From contig OZ241329.1 of assembly GCA_965199825.1 (NCBI GenBank), positions 1,600,001 to 1,664,000 on the forward strand: a stretch of 64,000 bases of DNA, given 5' to 3'. This document shows positions 47,106 through 57,482 of the stretch, piece after piece (position 1 is the first letter of the stretch; each line of letters starts with the position of its first letter). The stretch comes from Bdellovibrionales bacterium. GTDB lineage: Bacteria; Bdellovibrionota; Bdellovibrionia; Bdellovibrionales; UBA1609. The notes beneath the pieces were generated by a model. The model did no database searches, was not told where the DNA came from, and saw nothing but the letters and a program-made list of their open reading frames with translations. Made by a program: the position numbers and the translations under genes.

Positions 47106-47190
47106 GTGCTCGGAAGAGGACTTGAACCTCCACACCCTTTCGAGCACAGGCTTCTGAGACCTGTGTGTCTACCAATTTCACCATCCGAGC
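47104..47190 (-). tRNA. tRNA-Leu(CAG)
   Basis: GCTCGGATGGTGAAATTGGTAGAC...CAGGT-CTCAGAA-GCCTG...GGTTCAAGTCCTCTTCCGAGCACCA. Confidence 0.97.
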
Positions 47191-47232
47191 AGTGAGCACT
47201 AGTAATGAATGCTTTGGGGGTTTTAGGTCAAC

Positions 47233-48072
47233 TTATTTTGGTACCGAGGCTGGCATTCTTGACGAGGCCGAATCAGGCGCACGAAGCGACAAAATCCCTG
47301 AACCTGGAATCTCATTAAAATCTTGGGCGGTAAAAAAAGTTCGGGATTTTAATTCGCGAAACAGTTCGGCCCCCGACAAATGATTTTTGAGATCATCAAG
47401 ATCTGACAATGTGGACTGATAAATTCTTTGGCCAAATCGCTCAACATCCGCAATCAACGGACCGCGTAGGGGATCGAGACGCACGATATATTTTAAATGC
47501 GAAGGTTCAAGTTCTGCAGAGCACAGCACGTAAGGGGACAACTGAACATCCACTGCCACATGGGGTTCTGAACAACGATAACTGGCATTATCCTTTGGGG
47601 TGGAGCACGCAAATCTTGAGATGTGGGTGACTCGTGGCTCAGCTGGAAATGCATGAACACGTGCTCGAACATTACTGTCGCCTTTGGCGCCTAAAATATC
47701 GAGTTGGTGTTTTTCGCTGCGGGCGCCGGCACGGGCTAAGAGGCCCAAGTATTTTTCGCGCACCCAAAAGGAAAATAAAAATTCGATTTCGGTGTGATGG
47801 TCTTCTTGAAAGCCTTTAAGTGCTTTGAGTCGCTCAAGCCAAGTGTCGGCATCAAAGGCTTTGACCAAACCTTCAGCTTGTTCAAAACGCGAATCATCTT
47901 TCGCGGCATAAAGACTTTTGTGAATCGGCTGCAAACGCGCACGTAAAACTTCGGCGACATCGACCTTTAAAGTTTTTTGCATACTTTGTTTGTCGTGGTC
48001 CGAGAGTTCGCGACAGGTCAGCAAATCATCGGCATAGCTCAATGAGAGAATCAATAAAAGTGAGATCATCAC
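47233..48072 (-). CDS. hypothetical secreted protein
   Basis: short signal MISLLLILSLSYA. Confidence 0.7.
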   Translation of the reverse strand: MMISLLLILSLSYADDLLTCRELSDHDKQSMQKTLKVDVAEVLRARLQPIHKSLYAAKDDSRFEQAEGLVKAFDADTWLERLKALKGFQEDHHTEIEFLFSFWVREKYLGLLARAGARSEKHQLDILGAKGDSNVRARVHAFPAEPRVTHISRFACSTPKDNASYRCSEPHVAVDVQLSPYVLCSAELEPSHLKYIVRLDPLRGPLIADVERFGQRIYQSTLSDLDDLKNHLSGAELFRELKSRTFFTAQDFNEIPGSGILSLRAPDSASSRMPASVPK

Positions 48073-48076
48073 AACT

Positions 48077-48829
48077 TTATCGGTCGGTTTTGACTAACTT
48101 TAGAGCGTGGTCAAAGGTCCAGCGACGAAAGGCCAGGGTGCACTGCTTTTTCCCACCAAAGCCGGGGCGTTTGCTCAAAAAAAATTGATTTTGTTTGAGG
48201 CACCGATTCAACACGCCCTTGGCGGCGTAAGAAGCGAGGATACAGGTTGGGTCAGCAAATTCTTTGATGAAATGATTTAGCCACTGTTCCGACCAAAACT
48301 GCGACTCCATTTTTTCGCTAAATGGATCGTACAAAATCCCATTAAATAAGGTTTGAGTTTGAGGATGATCATCTAATGCCCCAAAAATTACGAGCTGTGA
48401 GGTCTTTATCCAGAGTTTCAGTTTTTGATAAATGAGTTTGGGGTCGATCTCCAAAGTTTTTGCGACACTTTCCACCACAATCAAATTTTCAAGAGCAATC
48501 GAATCCAAAAAATATTGGGTTAAGGCCTGTTCTTTTTCGTAGGAATGAATCACTCCAAAATCTTTGTTATATTTTAAACTTAAAGCGGCACATAAAACTT
48601 CGGAATATCCGAGGCCGAGTCCCACGTTGATAATTTTGGGTTGAGGATAAAAACTGAGTAGCAATTCCAAAAGTTCACCGTAAACGTAAATAGTTTCGGA
48701 TAAAGCTCCGCGTTGGTTGTGCATCAGTTCGGTTTGGCCGTGCTCATCTGTAAAAAGAACCGAGGGCGACCCGTCTTCGGTGAGCAATATCTGGCTCCCC
48801 CTCAATTTTAAGTCTATAAGCTGTGACAT
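48077..48829 (-). CDS. stand-alone MnmC-type (MnmD-like) tRNA methyltransferase
   Basis: TEDGSPS, MHN..GALSET.YVY, VGLGLGY, YDPFS and RPGFGGKK. Confidence 0.8.
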   Translation of the reverse strand: MSQLIDLKLRGSQILLTEDGSPSVLFTDEHGQTELMHNQRGALSETIYVYGELLELLLSFYPQPKIINVGLGLGYSEVLCAALSLKYNKDFGVIHSYEKEQALTQYFLDSIALENLIVVESVAKTLEIDPKLIYQKLKLWIKTSQLVIFGALDDHPQTQTLFNGILYDPFSEKMESQFWSEQWLNHFIKEFADPTCILASYAAKGVLNRCLKQNQFFLSKRPGFGGKKQCTLAFRRWTFDHALKLVKTDR

Positions 48830-49775
48830 GTCTTACTTTCCGATTAGTGAATTCTATAAAAAACGTTTTGGCGAAAAGGTCTATAAAATTCCTGTGAGCA
48901 CCGCCGGAAGTTGTCCCAACCGTGAAGGTCTTAAAGGAATGAAGACCTGTAATTTTTGTGATGTTTGGGGCTCGGCGGCCTATCCTGAATCGCGCGAACT
49001 TTCGCTCGTTGATCAGATTAAAAAAACAAGAGCCACAATCCAGGCTCATACCAATGCCAAAAAATTTTTGGTTTACTTTCAAGCCTACACAAACACATTT
49101 CAAAAATCTAAAATTCTCAAAAACCAATTTGAAGTCGCTAAACAATTTTCGGATGTGATTGGTTTTGTTGTTGGCACGAGGCCAGACTGTTTATCAGATG
49201 CGGTTTTAGAATTGTGGAATGAAACATCCCAATCTCATTTTGTCGCGGTCGAAATGGGATTACAGAGTTTTTCGGAATCCCAACTGGTCTGGATGAGGCG
49301 CGGTCATACCGCCCAAAAATGTGTGGAGGCTCTTTATCGCCTTCATCGTGACACACCAAAAGTGGATTTAGGAATTCATCTTATTTTTGGTCTGCCGGGT
49401 GAGACCAATCAGGATATCGTTGAGGCCGCAAAAAAGACCAATGATTTGCCAATCACAAATATAAAACTTCATCATCTTCATGTGCTCGAAAAAACGCCAC
49501 TCGAGCAAGATTATCGCAGAGGATTATTTACGCCGCTGGATCTTAAAGAGTATGCCGAGCGTGTCGCCTTGTTTTTACAACATTTACGAAAAGACATTGC
49601 GGTTCATCGCTTATCGGCCCTTTCAAGACGGAGTGACGAATTGATCGCACCCGATTGGACCGCAAAAAAAATGGCGATCTATCAAACTATTTTGGATGAG
49701 TTAAAGGTTCAGAAAGCTTATCAAGGGCAGCTTTATCAAGACGAATCTCATTGCCCTTCATCTCAGTATTCCTAA
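48828..49775 (+). CDS. TIGR01212 (YhcC/YtqA-like) radical SAM protein
   Basis: CPNREG....TCNFC, YFQAYTNT, GTRPDC and IKLHHLHV. Confidence 0.9.
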   Translation: MSYFPISEFYKKRFGEKVYKIPVSTAGSCPNREGLKGMKTCNFCDVWGSAAYPESRELSLVDQIKKTRATIQAHTNAKKFLVYFQAYTNTFQKSKILKNQFEVAKQFSDVIGFVVGTRPDCLSDAVLELWNETSQSHFVAVEMGLQSFSESQLVWMRRGHTAQKCVEALYRLHRDTPKVDLGIHLIFGLPGETNQDIVEAAKKTNDLPITNIKLHHLHVLEKTPLEQDYRRGLFTPLDLKEYAERVALFLQHLRKDIAVHRLSALSRRSDELIAPDWTAKKMAIYQTILDELKVQKAYQGQLYQDESHCPSSQYS

Positions 49776-50679
49776 AATCAGGGATTAGATTCCCATGGGG
49801 AAATCCGACAAAATCTTTTTTTATTTTTGTTAGCACCGAAATAAATTCTCGATTGGAATCCCTACAGATTGCTTGGCGCACTTTGCCGTTTTCAAAAAGA
49901 GTGTCTCCGATCACGCGGGCATGGTGCTCAGTAGAATTTTTTAATATTTTACTGCCAATCAAATACGAGTGGGTGAGGCTGCGATTTTTGATTGGCATAT
50001 AGGATTCAAGTTCAATCAACCAATCTGGCCGATCAGGAAAAAACCGATCATGGCAAAAATCGGTTTTTGAATGAATCAACAGCGGGCAGTCTTGCTGATG
50101 AGTGCAAGGCGCCAGTATTGAATAACCAGACTCGATCAATTGTTTTCTCCAGGCCATCAGCCGTCGGCTTTGATCGGTCTGTGAGGGTTCGATAATCAAA
50201 AAGTGGTTAGATCGCAAATGGGGTGTTTCGATTTCATTGATGCTGTAAGAAAAAATTCCGCAGCCCGAGTTGGGGATTTTTTTTAAGCGTTGTGGCCTTT
50301 TGATATTAAAAAAATCGCAAAGATCATTGTGCAGTTCAAAGGCGGTGTTAGATTTTTCAATCACTCCATAATCACAGTCAATTCCGGATTCAAACAAAGC
50401 CAGTTGAAAGTTGCCAGCACCACTCCCAACTTCAAAAACCTGATCAAAAATCTGAGGGGGAGTTTCTTTGAGCACATGCTGAATGCGCAAATAATTATAT
50501 GGAAAAAAATAAGCCAAGTACGCCGCGGGTGAACGGTCCCATGGAGTCGTCTTTATGGGTTGTTGAAAATAAGTCGAGAGCTGAATCACTTGCTGGCTCA
50601 GTTTTTTAAAATCCCTTGGCAGTTCAATACCAAAATTTTTGAGTTTTAAAAAAATCCAATCTGACAATTTGGGATTCAT
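49687..50679 (-). CDS. Rsm22-like SAM methyltransferase
   Basis: AYLAYFFP, EVGSGAG, IIEP and APCTH..CPL...FCH. Confidence 0.8.
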   Translation of the reverse strand: MNPKLSDWIFLKLKNFGIELPRDFKKLSQQVIQLSTYFQQPIKTTPWDRSPAAYLAYFFPYNYLRIQHVLKETPPQIFDQVFEVGSGAGNFQLALFESGIDCDYGVIEKSNTAFELHNDLCDFFNIKRPQRLKKIPNSGCGIFSYSINEIETPHLRSNHFLIIEPSQTDQSRRLMAWRKQLIESGYSILAPCTHQQDCPLLIHSKTDFCHDRFFPDRPDWLIELESYMPIKNRSLTHSYLIGSKILKNSTEHHARVIGDTLFENGKVRQAICRDSNREFISVLTKIKKDFVGFPHGNLIPDFRNTEMKGNEIRLDKAALDKLSEPLTHPK

Positions 50680-51623
50680 TTGATGCTTTCCAATGCAGTC
50701 TCAAGCACGGTGTTCACCGAGAGTTCGCGCATATCGTGAGTGGCAGTGGGAGGGGCTTCAACAACTTGGACGAAAGCGCCGAGGGGACGCCATCTTTTAG
50801 CACGATGAGCTCGCACAGGACTGTAAAGCCCAAGTGTTGGAACTCCCAATGAGGCTGCGATATGAACAACCCCGGTACTTGGCGCAATCACCAACGCGCT
50901 CTCTGCATAAAGGGCCAAGAGCTCTTGGGTGTTTAAGCGATCATCCAACCATGTAATTTGATCTTCACTTTTCAAGGCTATTCTTAAAGGCTCCAAATAT
51001 TTTTCATCCATCTTTGTGCCCGTAATTATAATTTGTTTATATTTTTTGAGCTTAAGGATCAGCTGAGCATAAAAATCGGTTGGCCAATTGAGCGCAGAGC
51101 CGCCCATCCCAGGGTGCACCACGATAAAACTTTTGGGTTGATGACCCCATGGTTTGTTTAAAACAGTTGGCGCCGCAAGCTTGAGAGGATGGGGCATCGG
51201 GAGTGAAGGTTTAATTTGCTGACACAGTTCGAGATTGTATTCCAACTCGTGTTTTTCACTTAAGTGTCTTTTTTGGCGCACACCGCGATTATAAAATAGG
51301 TAAGAGTGCCACTGACTCAAGCGGCCCGCCCGCAAGGGAACTCGGCTTAAAAATAAAATCAACGACACCCACCACGGCGCATGAAACACCACCGCCCCTT
51401 GAGGGCGAATCATTCGGATAGCCTTAAACATGCGATAGGCCTGCGAAAGTGAAAAGGCTTTTTGAAATTCGATGCCTGCCCGAATGGGCCGGGCATGATC
51501 GAGAACAAATCCAGTGCCATTGGTTATAAACCAATGCACCTTTTCGTCTTTGAAATCTTGGTCACAGGGGAGAGTTAAAATAAGATCGCCAATGCGGTCC
51601 ATCCGCACAAAAATAAATGCCAT
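50676..51623 (-). CDS. glycosyltransferase family 9 (heptosyltransferase-like)
   Basis: RMDRIGDLIL, HPG, STGVVHIAASLG and RWRP. Confidence 0.9.
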   Translation of the reverse strand: MAFIFVRMDRIGDLILTLPCDQDFKDEKVHWFITNGTGFVLDHARPIRAGIEFQKAFSLSQAYRMFKAIRMIRPQGAVVFHAPWWVSLILFLSRVPLRAGRLSQWHSYLFYNRGVRQKRHLSEKHELEYNLELCQQIKPSLPMPHPLKLAAPTVLNKPWGHQPKSFIVVHPGMGGSALNWPTDFYAQLILKLKKYKQIIITGTKMDEKYLEPLRIALKSEDQITWLDDRLNTQELLALYAESALVIAPSTGVVHIAASLGVPTLGLYSPVRAHRAKRWRPLGAFVQVVEAPPTATHDMRELSVNTVLETALESIK

Positions 51624-51709
51624 AGCCAACAATGACATGTTCCTGGCCCAAGGTCCAATACAGCAAAAAAAAGGCTGCCACACCAAAGTCCAACTCCTAT
51701 GCTTGAAAG

Positions 51710-52972
51710 GTGCAAAAAATTTTAGTTGGGCTTTGCCTTATTTTTATTGGCTGTAGTGGAAATCAAAATGCTTCGAGCACGAATACATCGACTTTGCCAT
51801 CGATTGGCAATGTTGCATCGCCTGCACCCTCAGCTGGTCCGGTTACAAATGATGCATTCAGTGTGAATGCGGTGATGCCCAATACCGAAATCGCTTATTT
51901 TATGAATAAGTCTTCAGCCTTTGGCACAAACTGTAGCATCGATGCCACCGTCACTGGGCAAAATATTGTGTGCTATCTCGATATGAACGAGACCGATGTT
52001 TATACCCAACCTTTTTCTCTCGTTTATAATGTGCCGCAAACCATGTGTAAATATTTTGAGTTTACACCTTACTGGTATTACAATCACGAAACCGGATTTG
52101 GGCCAACCCGCTACACAATCTCAATTGATTATTCTGATACAAGCCGCCAGATTTTAAGTTCGGTAAATTGTAATGTGGATGGCGTTTCTTATCCGGGTTG
52201 CGCAAATATTCCCGAACTCCAAGTGGTCGATGCGATTGCTGGATCGGTAAAATGTATTTATGATCAAAGTCCCGCATCGGCCAATTGTTGTTTTGGAAAT
52301 TACACCGCAACATTAACAAGCACCATCAATGGTGCTCAACCTTTGACCTCGACAACATCGTCAAATTGGAATACCGCCGGCGGGATGAACAACTGCACCG
52401 GAGGACAAGGGCATAACAACTGGGCTCTAAAAACTAAAGTTGGCTATCCTGCAACCCAAATTACTTACATTGCCGGAGTTGGACTCAACAATGTTTATAC
52501 AATGGTGCCACCAATCAATGGTGGAAATAGCGGAGTCAACGTCGAAGTAGCAAACTTTTACGGCGATGTTTCGCAATCTCACTCAGGCTATGTTTCGTCG
52601 CGAACAACCAATCGCCCCTATGCGGTTGATCCGGTAGATGATCGCAATGGATCATTAATGCTTCCGGGAAATGATTCCTATTTTTTTGATTGCCAAGATC
52701 ACAACCATGAAACCGTCAATAGTGTTCGTGTTTATGTAAGAGCTTGGAATACCTATTCTGATTTTCTGGTTTACGGCACGAGCGGTGGTGTGACTTATCA
52801 GCCCAATGTGTCGGGGATTGAGGGATCAAACTGTTCGGGAGTAGGAACGTATTGCGATGATTTTATGAAGTGGGATTCCCACGTGGGATCGCCCTCAAGA
52901 ATCAGCAGAGATTATGTGGGACCCTACACAAGCGCTAATCGTCAGAGCTATTTTCCCGAAGAGTCTTATTAA
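51710..52972 (+). CDS. Cys/Asn/Tyr-rich surface lipoprotein
   Basis: lipobox FIGC, Ser/Thr linker, many Cys. Confidence 0.8.
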   Translation: MQKILVGLCLIFIGCSGNQNASSTNTSTLPSIGNVASPAPSAGPVTNDAFSVNAVMPNTEIAYFMNKSSAFGTNCSIDATVTGQNIVCYLDMNETDVYTQPFSLVYNVPQTMCKYFEFTPYWYYNHETGFGPTRYTISIDYSDTSRQILSSVNCNVDGVSYPGCANIPELQVVDAIAGSVKCIYDQSPASANCCFGNYTATLTSTINGAQPLTSTTSSNWNTAGGMNNCTGGQGHNNWALKTKVGYPATQITYIAGVGLNNVYTMVPPINGGNSGVNVEVANFYGDVSQSHSGYVSSRTTNRPYAVDPVDDRNGSLMLPGNDSYFFDCQDHNHETVNSVRVYVRAWNTYSDFLVYGTSGGVTYQPNVSGIEGSNCSGVGTYCDDFMKWDSHVGSPSRISRDYVGPYTSANRQSYFPEESY

Positions 52973-55755
52973 GAATAAGAATCCACCGGCAAACACGAGC
53001 ACACCAAATTTTTATCTCCATAGACATTGTCCACGCGACCCACCGTCGCCCATAACTTATGGTGCGATACCCACTCTAATGGGCTTGATGCTTTTTCGCG
53101 CGAATAGGGATGATCCCACTTGCTAGATGTCATGTGCGCCAAAGTGTGCGGTGAATTTTTTAAAACATTATTTTCGCGATCGGCTTGATCACTTTCAATT
53201 TCGGCTATCTCTTTACGAATACTGATCATCGCTTCGATAAAGCGATCAAGCTCAGCCTTGGACTCAGATTCGGTAGGCTCAACCATCAAGGTTCCTGTCA
53301 CGGGCCACGACATTGTGGGCGCATGAAATCCATAATCCATTAGGCGTTTGGCCACATCATCAACCGTAATTCCACAACTACTTTTAAAATCACGAAGATC
53401 AAAAATACATTCGTGGGCAACAAATCCCTCACCATTGGTATACAAAAGCGGAAAATGATCTTTTAATTTTTGGGCAATATAATTGGCGTTGAGAATAGCA
53501 ACTTGAGTTGCTTTTTTAAGACCATCAAAACCCATCATTCGAATGTAGGCCCAAGAGATTGGTAAAATACTCGCACTTCCAAATGGGGCCGCAGTAACTG
53601 CTGTGGCAGCTCCCGGTTTTAAAAATCGATGGCTTGGCAAAAACGGCGCAAGATGTTTTGCCACACCAATGGGCCCCACTCCTGGTCCGCCCCCACCGTG
53701 AGGAATACAAAATGTTTTATGAAGATTCATATGAGCAACGTCTGCGCCAAGATCAAAAGGACGAATCAGTCCAACAAGCGCATTCATGTTTGCCCCGTCC
53801 ATATAAACCTGACCGCCTTGATCATGAATGATTTTACAGATCTCACCGATATGTTCTTCGAACACACCATGGGTGGAGGGGTAGGTGACCATCAATGCTG
53901 CTAAATTATTTTTATGGAGTTCAGCTTTTTGTTTGAGATCAGCAATATCAATATTTCCCTGATCGTCACATCGAACCACCACCACTTTCATACCCACCAT
54001 CGTGCTGCTCGCAGGATTTGTTCCATGGGCTGAACTTGGAATTAAACACACATTGCGCTGAGTTTGACCCTTCGAATGATGAAAGGCCTTAATCACCAAC
54101 AGTCCGGCATATTCACCTTGCGATCCCGCATTGGGTTGAAGGCTCACTTTTGAAAAGCCGGTGAGATCACACAAGTCCTGCTCGAGTTCAGCAATCAGTT
54201 CAAGATAACCTCGAGCTTGATCGAGCGGGGCAAAGGGATGAAGGTTTGCAAACTCAGGCCACGTCACAGGAATCATCTCAGTTGTTGAATTGAGTTTCAT
54301 CGTGCAAGAGCCAAGCGGAATCATCGAATGCACTAAAGATAAGTCTTTGCTTTGAAGCCTCATCATATATCTGAGCATTTCTGTTTCAGAATGGATCTCG
54401 TTAAACACGGGATGCTCAAGAAATTTCTTTGTGCGTAAAATTTCTGGTGGAATCGGATCGGGTTCGGCTTGTTCTAACTTATTAATATCAAAGCAGCCGA
54501 GCAATCGAGATAAGGCCGATTCGGTTGTTGTTTCGTCGAGTGAAATTTGGAGTGTTGAGGAATCAACCAATAAAACATTTAAATTTTGTTCTAAACATTT
54601 TTTATTGATCGCAACCGAATCTTTAACCCGCACTTGTAAGGTGTCAAAAAATTGCGAGGTCAAAACTTCAAGTCCCGCTTTTTTTAAAGTCGTCTTTAAT
54701 TGCGAGGTGAGATGACGGATGCGCGATGCAATTTTTAATAGCCCATCTGGCCCATGGTAGACCGCATACATCGAAGCCATAACCGCCAACAGAACTTGAG
54801 CCGTGCAAATATTGCTTGTCGCTTTTTCGCGGCGAATGTGTTGCTCACGGGTTTGGAGCGCAAGCCGGAGTGCTCGATTGCCATGAACATCTTTTGAAAC
54901 GCCGATAATTCGACCAGGTAAAAGTCTTTTATGCTCATCACGACACGCCAAAAACCCAGCATGCGGTCCGCCGTATCCCATGGGAACACCAAAGCGTTGG
55001 CTAGATCCCACAACTAAGTCTGCGCCCATTTCGCCAGGAGATTTATAAAGAGTGAGACTCAAAAGGTCCGTGGCCACAATGACCAAGGCTTTTTGTGCAT
55101 GAGCCGTTTTGACCAGATCGGTGATGTCATTGATCTGTCCCGATGAGGCCGGGTACTGCACAAAAACACCAAAGGTATTGGCACTCAACTGATCGGTGAT
55201 TTTAATATTTAAAGGTGCTGCTCTGGTTTCAAGCACTTCGCGGGTTTGTGGAAACACATCACGATCAACAAAAAATTCATCGGCGTCGTGATTGGGACAA
55301 ATGGCGTAGGCCATCGACATCGCTTCTGCGGCTGCGGTGGCTTCGTCTAATAACGAAGAGTTGGCCATCGGCATCCCGGTGAGATCGGTGATCATGGTTT
55401 GAAAATTAAGTAGGGCTTCCATTCGGCCTTGAGAAATTTCGGCTTGATAGGGAGTGTATGCAGTATACCAAGCCGGATTTTCAAAAATATTTCTTAAAAT
55501 CACCGAAGGTGTAATGCAGCCGTAATAACCTTGGCCAATAAACGAGGTATTGATTTTATTTTTTTTGGCAATACTTCGTGCGTATTCCAAAAGTTCGGTT
55601 TCACTTAAAGCTTTTTTTAAATCAGATTTAAAATCTTTAAGTAAAGATTTTGGAGCTGCTTTTGAAATCAGCTCCTCAAGGTTTGAACTTTTTAAAAACT
55701 GCAACATCTGTTCGATGTCGCGATCGCGAGGACCGAGGTGTCGCTCAACAAACAT
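52969..55755 (-). CDS. gcvP: glycine dehydrogenase (P protein)
   Basis: [23 protein letters not shown] and [11 protein letters not shown] lysine. Confidence 0.98.
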   Translation of the reverse strand: MFVERHLGPRDRDIEQMLQFLKSSNLEELISKAAPKSLLKDFKSDLKKALSETELLEYARSIAKKNKINTSFIGQGYYGCITPSVILRNIFENPAWYTAYTPYQAEISQGRMEALLNFQTMITDLTGMPMANSSLLDEATAAAEAMSMAYAICPNHDADEFFVDRDVFPQTREVLETRAAPLNIKITDQLSANTFGVFVQYPASSGQINDITDLVKTAHAQKALVIVATDLLSLTLYKSPGEMGADLVVGSSQRFGVPMGYGGPHAGFLACRDEHKRLLPGRIIGVSKDVHGNRALRLALQTREQHIRREKATSNICTAQVLLAVMASMYAVYHGPDGLLKIASRIRHLTSQLKTTLKKAGLEVLTSQFFDTLQVRVKDSVAINKKCLEQNLNVLLVDSSTLQISLDETTTESALSRLLGCFDINKLEQAEPDPIPPEILRTKKFLEHPVFNEIHSETEMLRYMMRLQSKDLSLVHSMIPLGSCTMKLNSTTEMIPVTWPEFANLHPFAPLDQARGYLELIAELEQDLCDLTGFSKVSLQPNAGSQGEYAGLLVIKAFHHSKGQTQRNVCLIPSSAHGTNPASSTMVGMKVVVVRCDDQGNIDIADLKQKAELHKNNLAALMVTYPSTHGVFEEHIGEICKIIHDQGGQVYMDGANMNALVGLIRPFDLGADVAHMNLHKTFCIPHGGGGPGVGPIGVAKHLAPFLPSHRFLKPGAATAVTAAPFGSASILPISWAYIRMMGFDGLKKATQVAILNANYIAQKLKDHFPLLYTNGEGFVAHECIFDLRDFKSSCGITVDDVAKRLMDYGFHAPTMSWPVTGTLMVEPTESESKAELDRFIEAMISIRKEIAEIESDQADRENNVLKNSPHTLAHMTSSKWDHPYSREKASSPLEWVSHHKLWATVGRVDNVYGDKNLVCSCLPVDSYS

Positions 55756-56210
55756 TATTTTTTCCGATTTGGTGTTTTCTTTTTGGAAAGTTTTTGTGTT
55801 TTGGCTTTTTTAACTGGAGTTTTTTTGGCTGAAGTTTTTTTCACAGGCTTAGGATGAATTCGTTTTTGAATTTCGTCCGAAGCTTTCTCAACCCAAGTGG
55901 AATTGGATTTTGCAAATTGAAACAAGGATTCCAATTTTTTTTCGGCCTCATTGCGTGTGGTTTTAAATGATCGCATAAAACGATTCACTTCGCGGTCTAA
56001 TTCACGCTGAGCGCGGTGGAGTTGACGGACGAGCTGTTTGTATTTTTGCTCCAGCCCTCGTAATTTTCTTTTGGCCGCAGGGCTCAACAAGTCGCGTACG
56101 CCATGCGATTGAATTTCGTTTTTTAAACGCAAAACTTCTTTTTTAATTTTATCGAGATCCGCGTGTTTTTTGATTTCGGCACGAATTTTAGTCCAGTTGA
56201 TCGAAGCCAT
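55755..56210 (-). CDS. basic coiled-coil protein with Lys-rich tail
   Basis: TTGACC-17-TAACCT promoter, GGGGG RBS, KKT..KK repeats. Confidence 0.75.
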   Translation of the reverse strand: MASINWTKIRAEIKKHADLDKIKKEVLRLKNEIQSHGVRDLLSPAAKRKLRGLEQKYKQLVRQLHRAQRELDREVNRFMRSFKTTRNEAEKKLESLFQFAKSNSTWVEKASDEIQKRIHPKPVKKTSAKKTPVKKAKTQKLSKKKTPNRKK

Positions 56211-56285
56211 AGAAAAATCCCCCTTTTTCAAGAGCCGAGGTTAACTCTCTTGAGTGGTAGGGTCAAGACGGCTAAAGGATTGGCC

Positions 56286-57482
56286 ATGATCTCACTTCGT
56301 CAATGGTTGAAAATTTTAAATTGTCCAGCACGGGTTGGTGGTCGACTTCGCTATGCTTCGCGCGCGCGATATGAGTCAGGGGACTTCGAGCTCTACGGTC
56401 AAGGCTGTGTGGTCAAAATTAAATCTCACGGTGTTCAATCAAAAGCCAGCGATGGGGATTTGATTTTGCTTGGCGTGGATCGGCCACCAGTTGCAGGCAT
56501 CATTCATTTATCCGGGTTAGCAGAGATCGAGATTGTGACAAAAACCTCAACTCCACCACAGATTTTTAGCAACGCCGAAATTCAAAAAAAGTGGTTTCAT
56601 TTTTTGCGTGATATCGAAGAGATTTTTGATGATCTTGGCCTATTGAGAGTAACAACACCGACACGAGTCAAATCCAATGGTCTTGAGCCAAGCATCGAGC
56701 CGATTGCCAGCGAAGATCTTTTTTTACCAACAAGTCCAGAGCTCGCCTTAAAAAAAATTTTGAGTCATGATTTTACCGATATCTATGAAATCCGCGCCTG
56801 CTTTCGGAAAGAAACCCCAACGCCACATCACTTAAGTGAATTTACGATGATCGAATGGTACAGGGGCTTTGCCGATCTCAGAAAAATTGAAAACGACATT
56901 GAAGTTTTGATTCAAAAACTTTTCAGTAAAAATTGGCATCATGATAAACGTCCACTACAAAAAATGACAATGGCCGAGGTCTTTCAAGACGCGCTTAATT
57001 TTGAACTCAAAAGTTCAACCACCCAATTAGAAATACAAAATTGTTTACGCGAGCACGGCCAACATTTCCAAACGGATTGGAACTTTGACGACAGTTTTAA
57101 CGCCTTATTTGTGACCCTTGTGGAACCCTATCTTAAAAACAAAGGCCCATTGCTTATAGGTCAATTTCCACCTTCGCAAGCGGCGTTGGCTCGAATTAAT
57201 CAGGACGGTTGGGCCGAGCGTGTGGAACTCTATTGGAATGGCTTAGAGCTTGCAAATGGCTATGACGAACTTGTGGATCCGGTAGAACAGCGAGTTCGAT
57301 TTAATAAAGATATACAAAAACGAAAGCTCAACCATAAAATTGATTTACCCATAGATGAAGACTTTTTGGCGGCACTCACTGCAGGCTTACCTCCAACGGC
57401 CGGGATCGCACTCGGTCTTGAGCGCTTATTTATGGCCTGTGTCCAACTTTCAAATATTCAGGATCTTAAATTTTTTAATTAA
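56286..57482 (+). CDS. epmA: EF-P lysine aminoacylase EpmA/GenX-like
   Basis: LPTSPELALKK, CFRKE..HH..EFTMIEWY, ELANGYDEL and GIALGLERL. Confidence 0.88.
   Translation: MISLRQWLKILNCPARVGGRLRYASRARYESGDFELYGQGCVVKIKSHGVQSKASDGDLILLGVDRPPVAGIIHLSGLAEIEIVTKTSTPPQIFSNAEIQKKWFHFLRDIEEIFDDLGLLRVTTPTRVKSNGLEPSIEPIASEDLFLPTSPELALKKILSHDFTDIYEIRACFRKETPTPHHLSEFTMIEWYRGFADLRKIENDIEVLIQKLFSKNWHHDKRPLQKMTMAEVFQDALNFELKSSTTQLEIQNCLREHGQHFQTDWNFDDSFNALFVTLVEPYLKNKGPLLIGQFPPSQAALARINQDGWAERVELYWNGLELANGYDELVDPVEQRVRFNKDIQKRKLNHKIDLPIDEDFLAALTAGLPPTAGIALGLERLFMACVQLSNIQDLKFFN

Noticed and set aside
46662..47157. ORFs across the 216-bp repeats and tRNA
   Set aside because: They overlap or run antisense to the tRNA and structured repeats; the unit length being a multiple of 3 explains the open frame.
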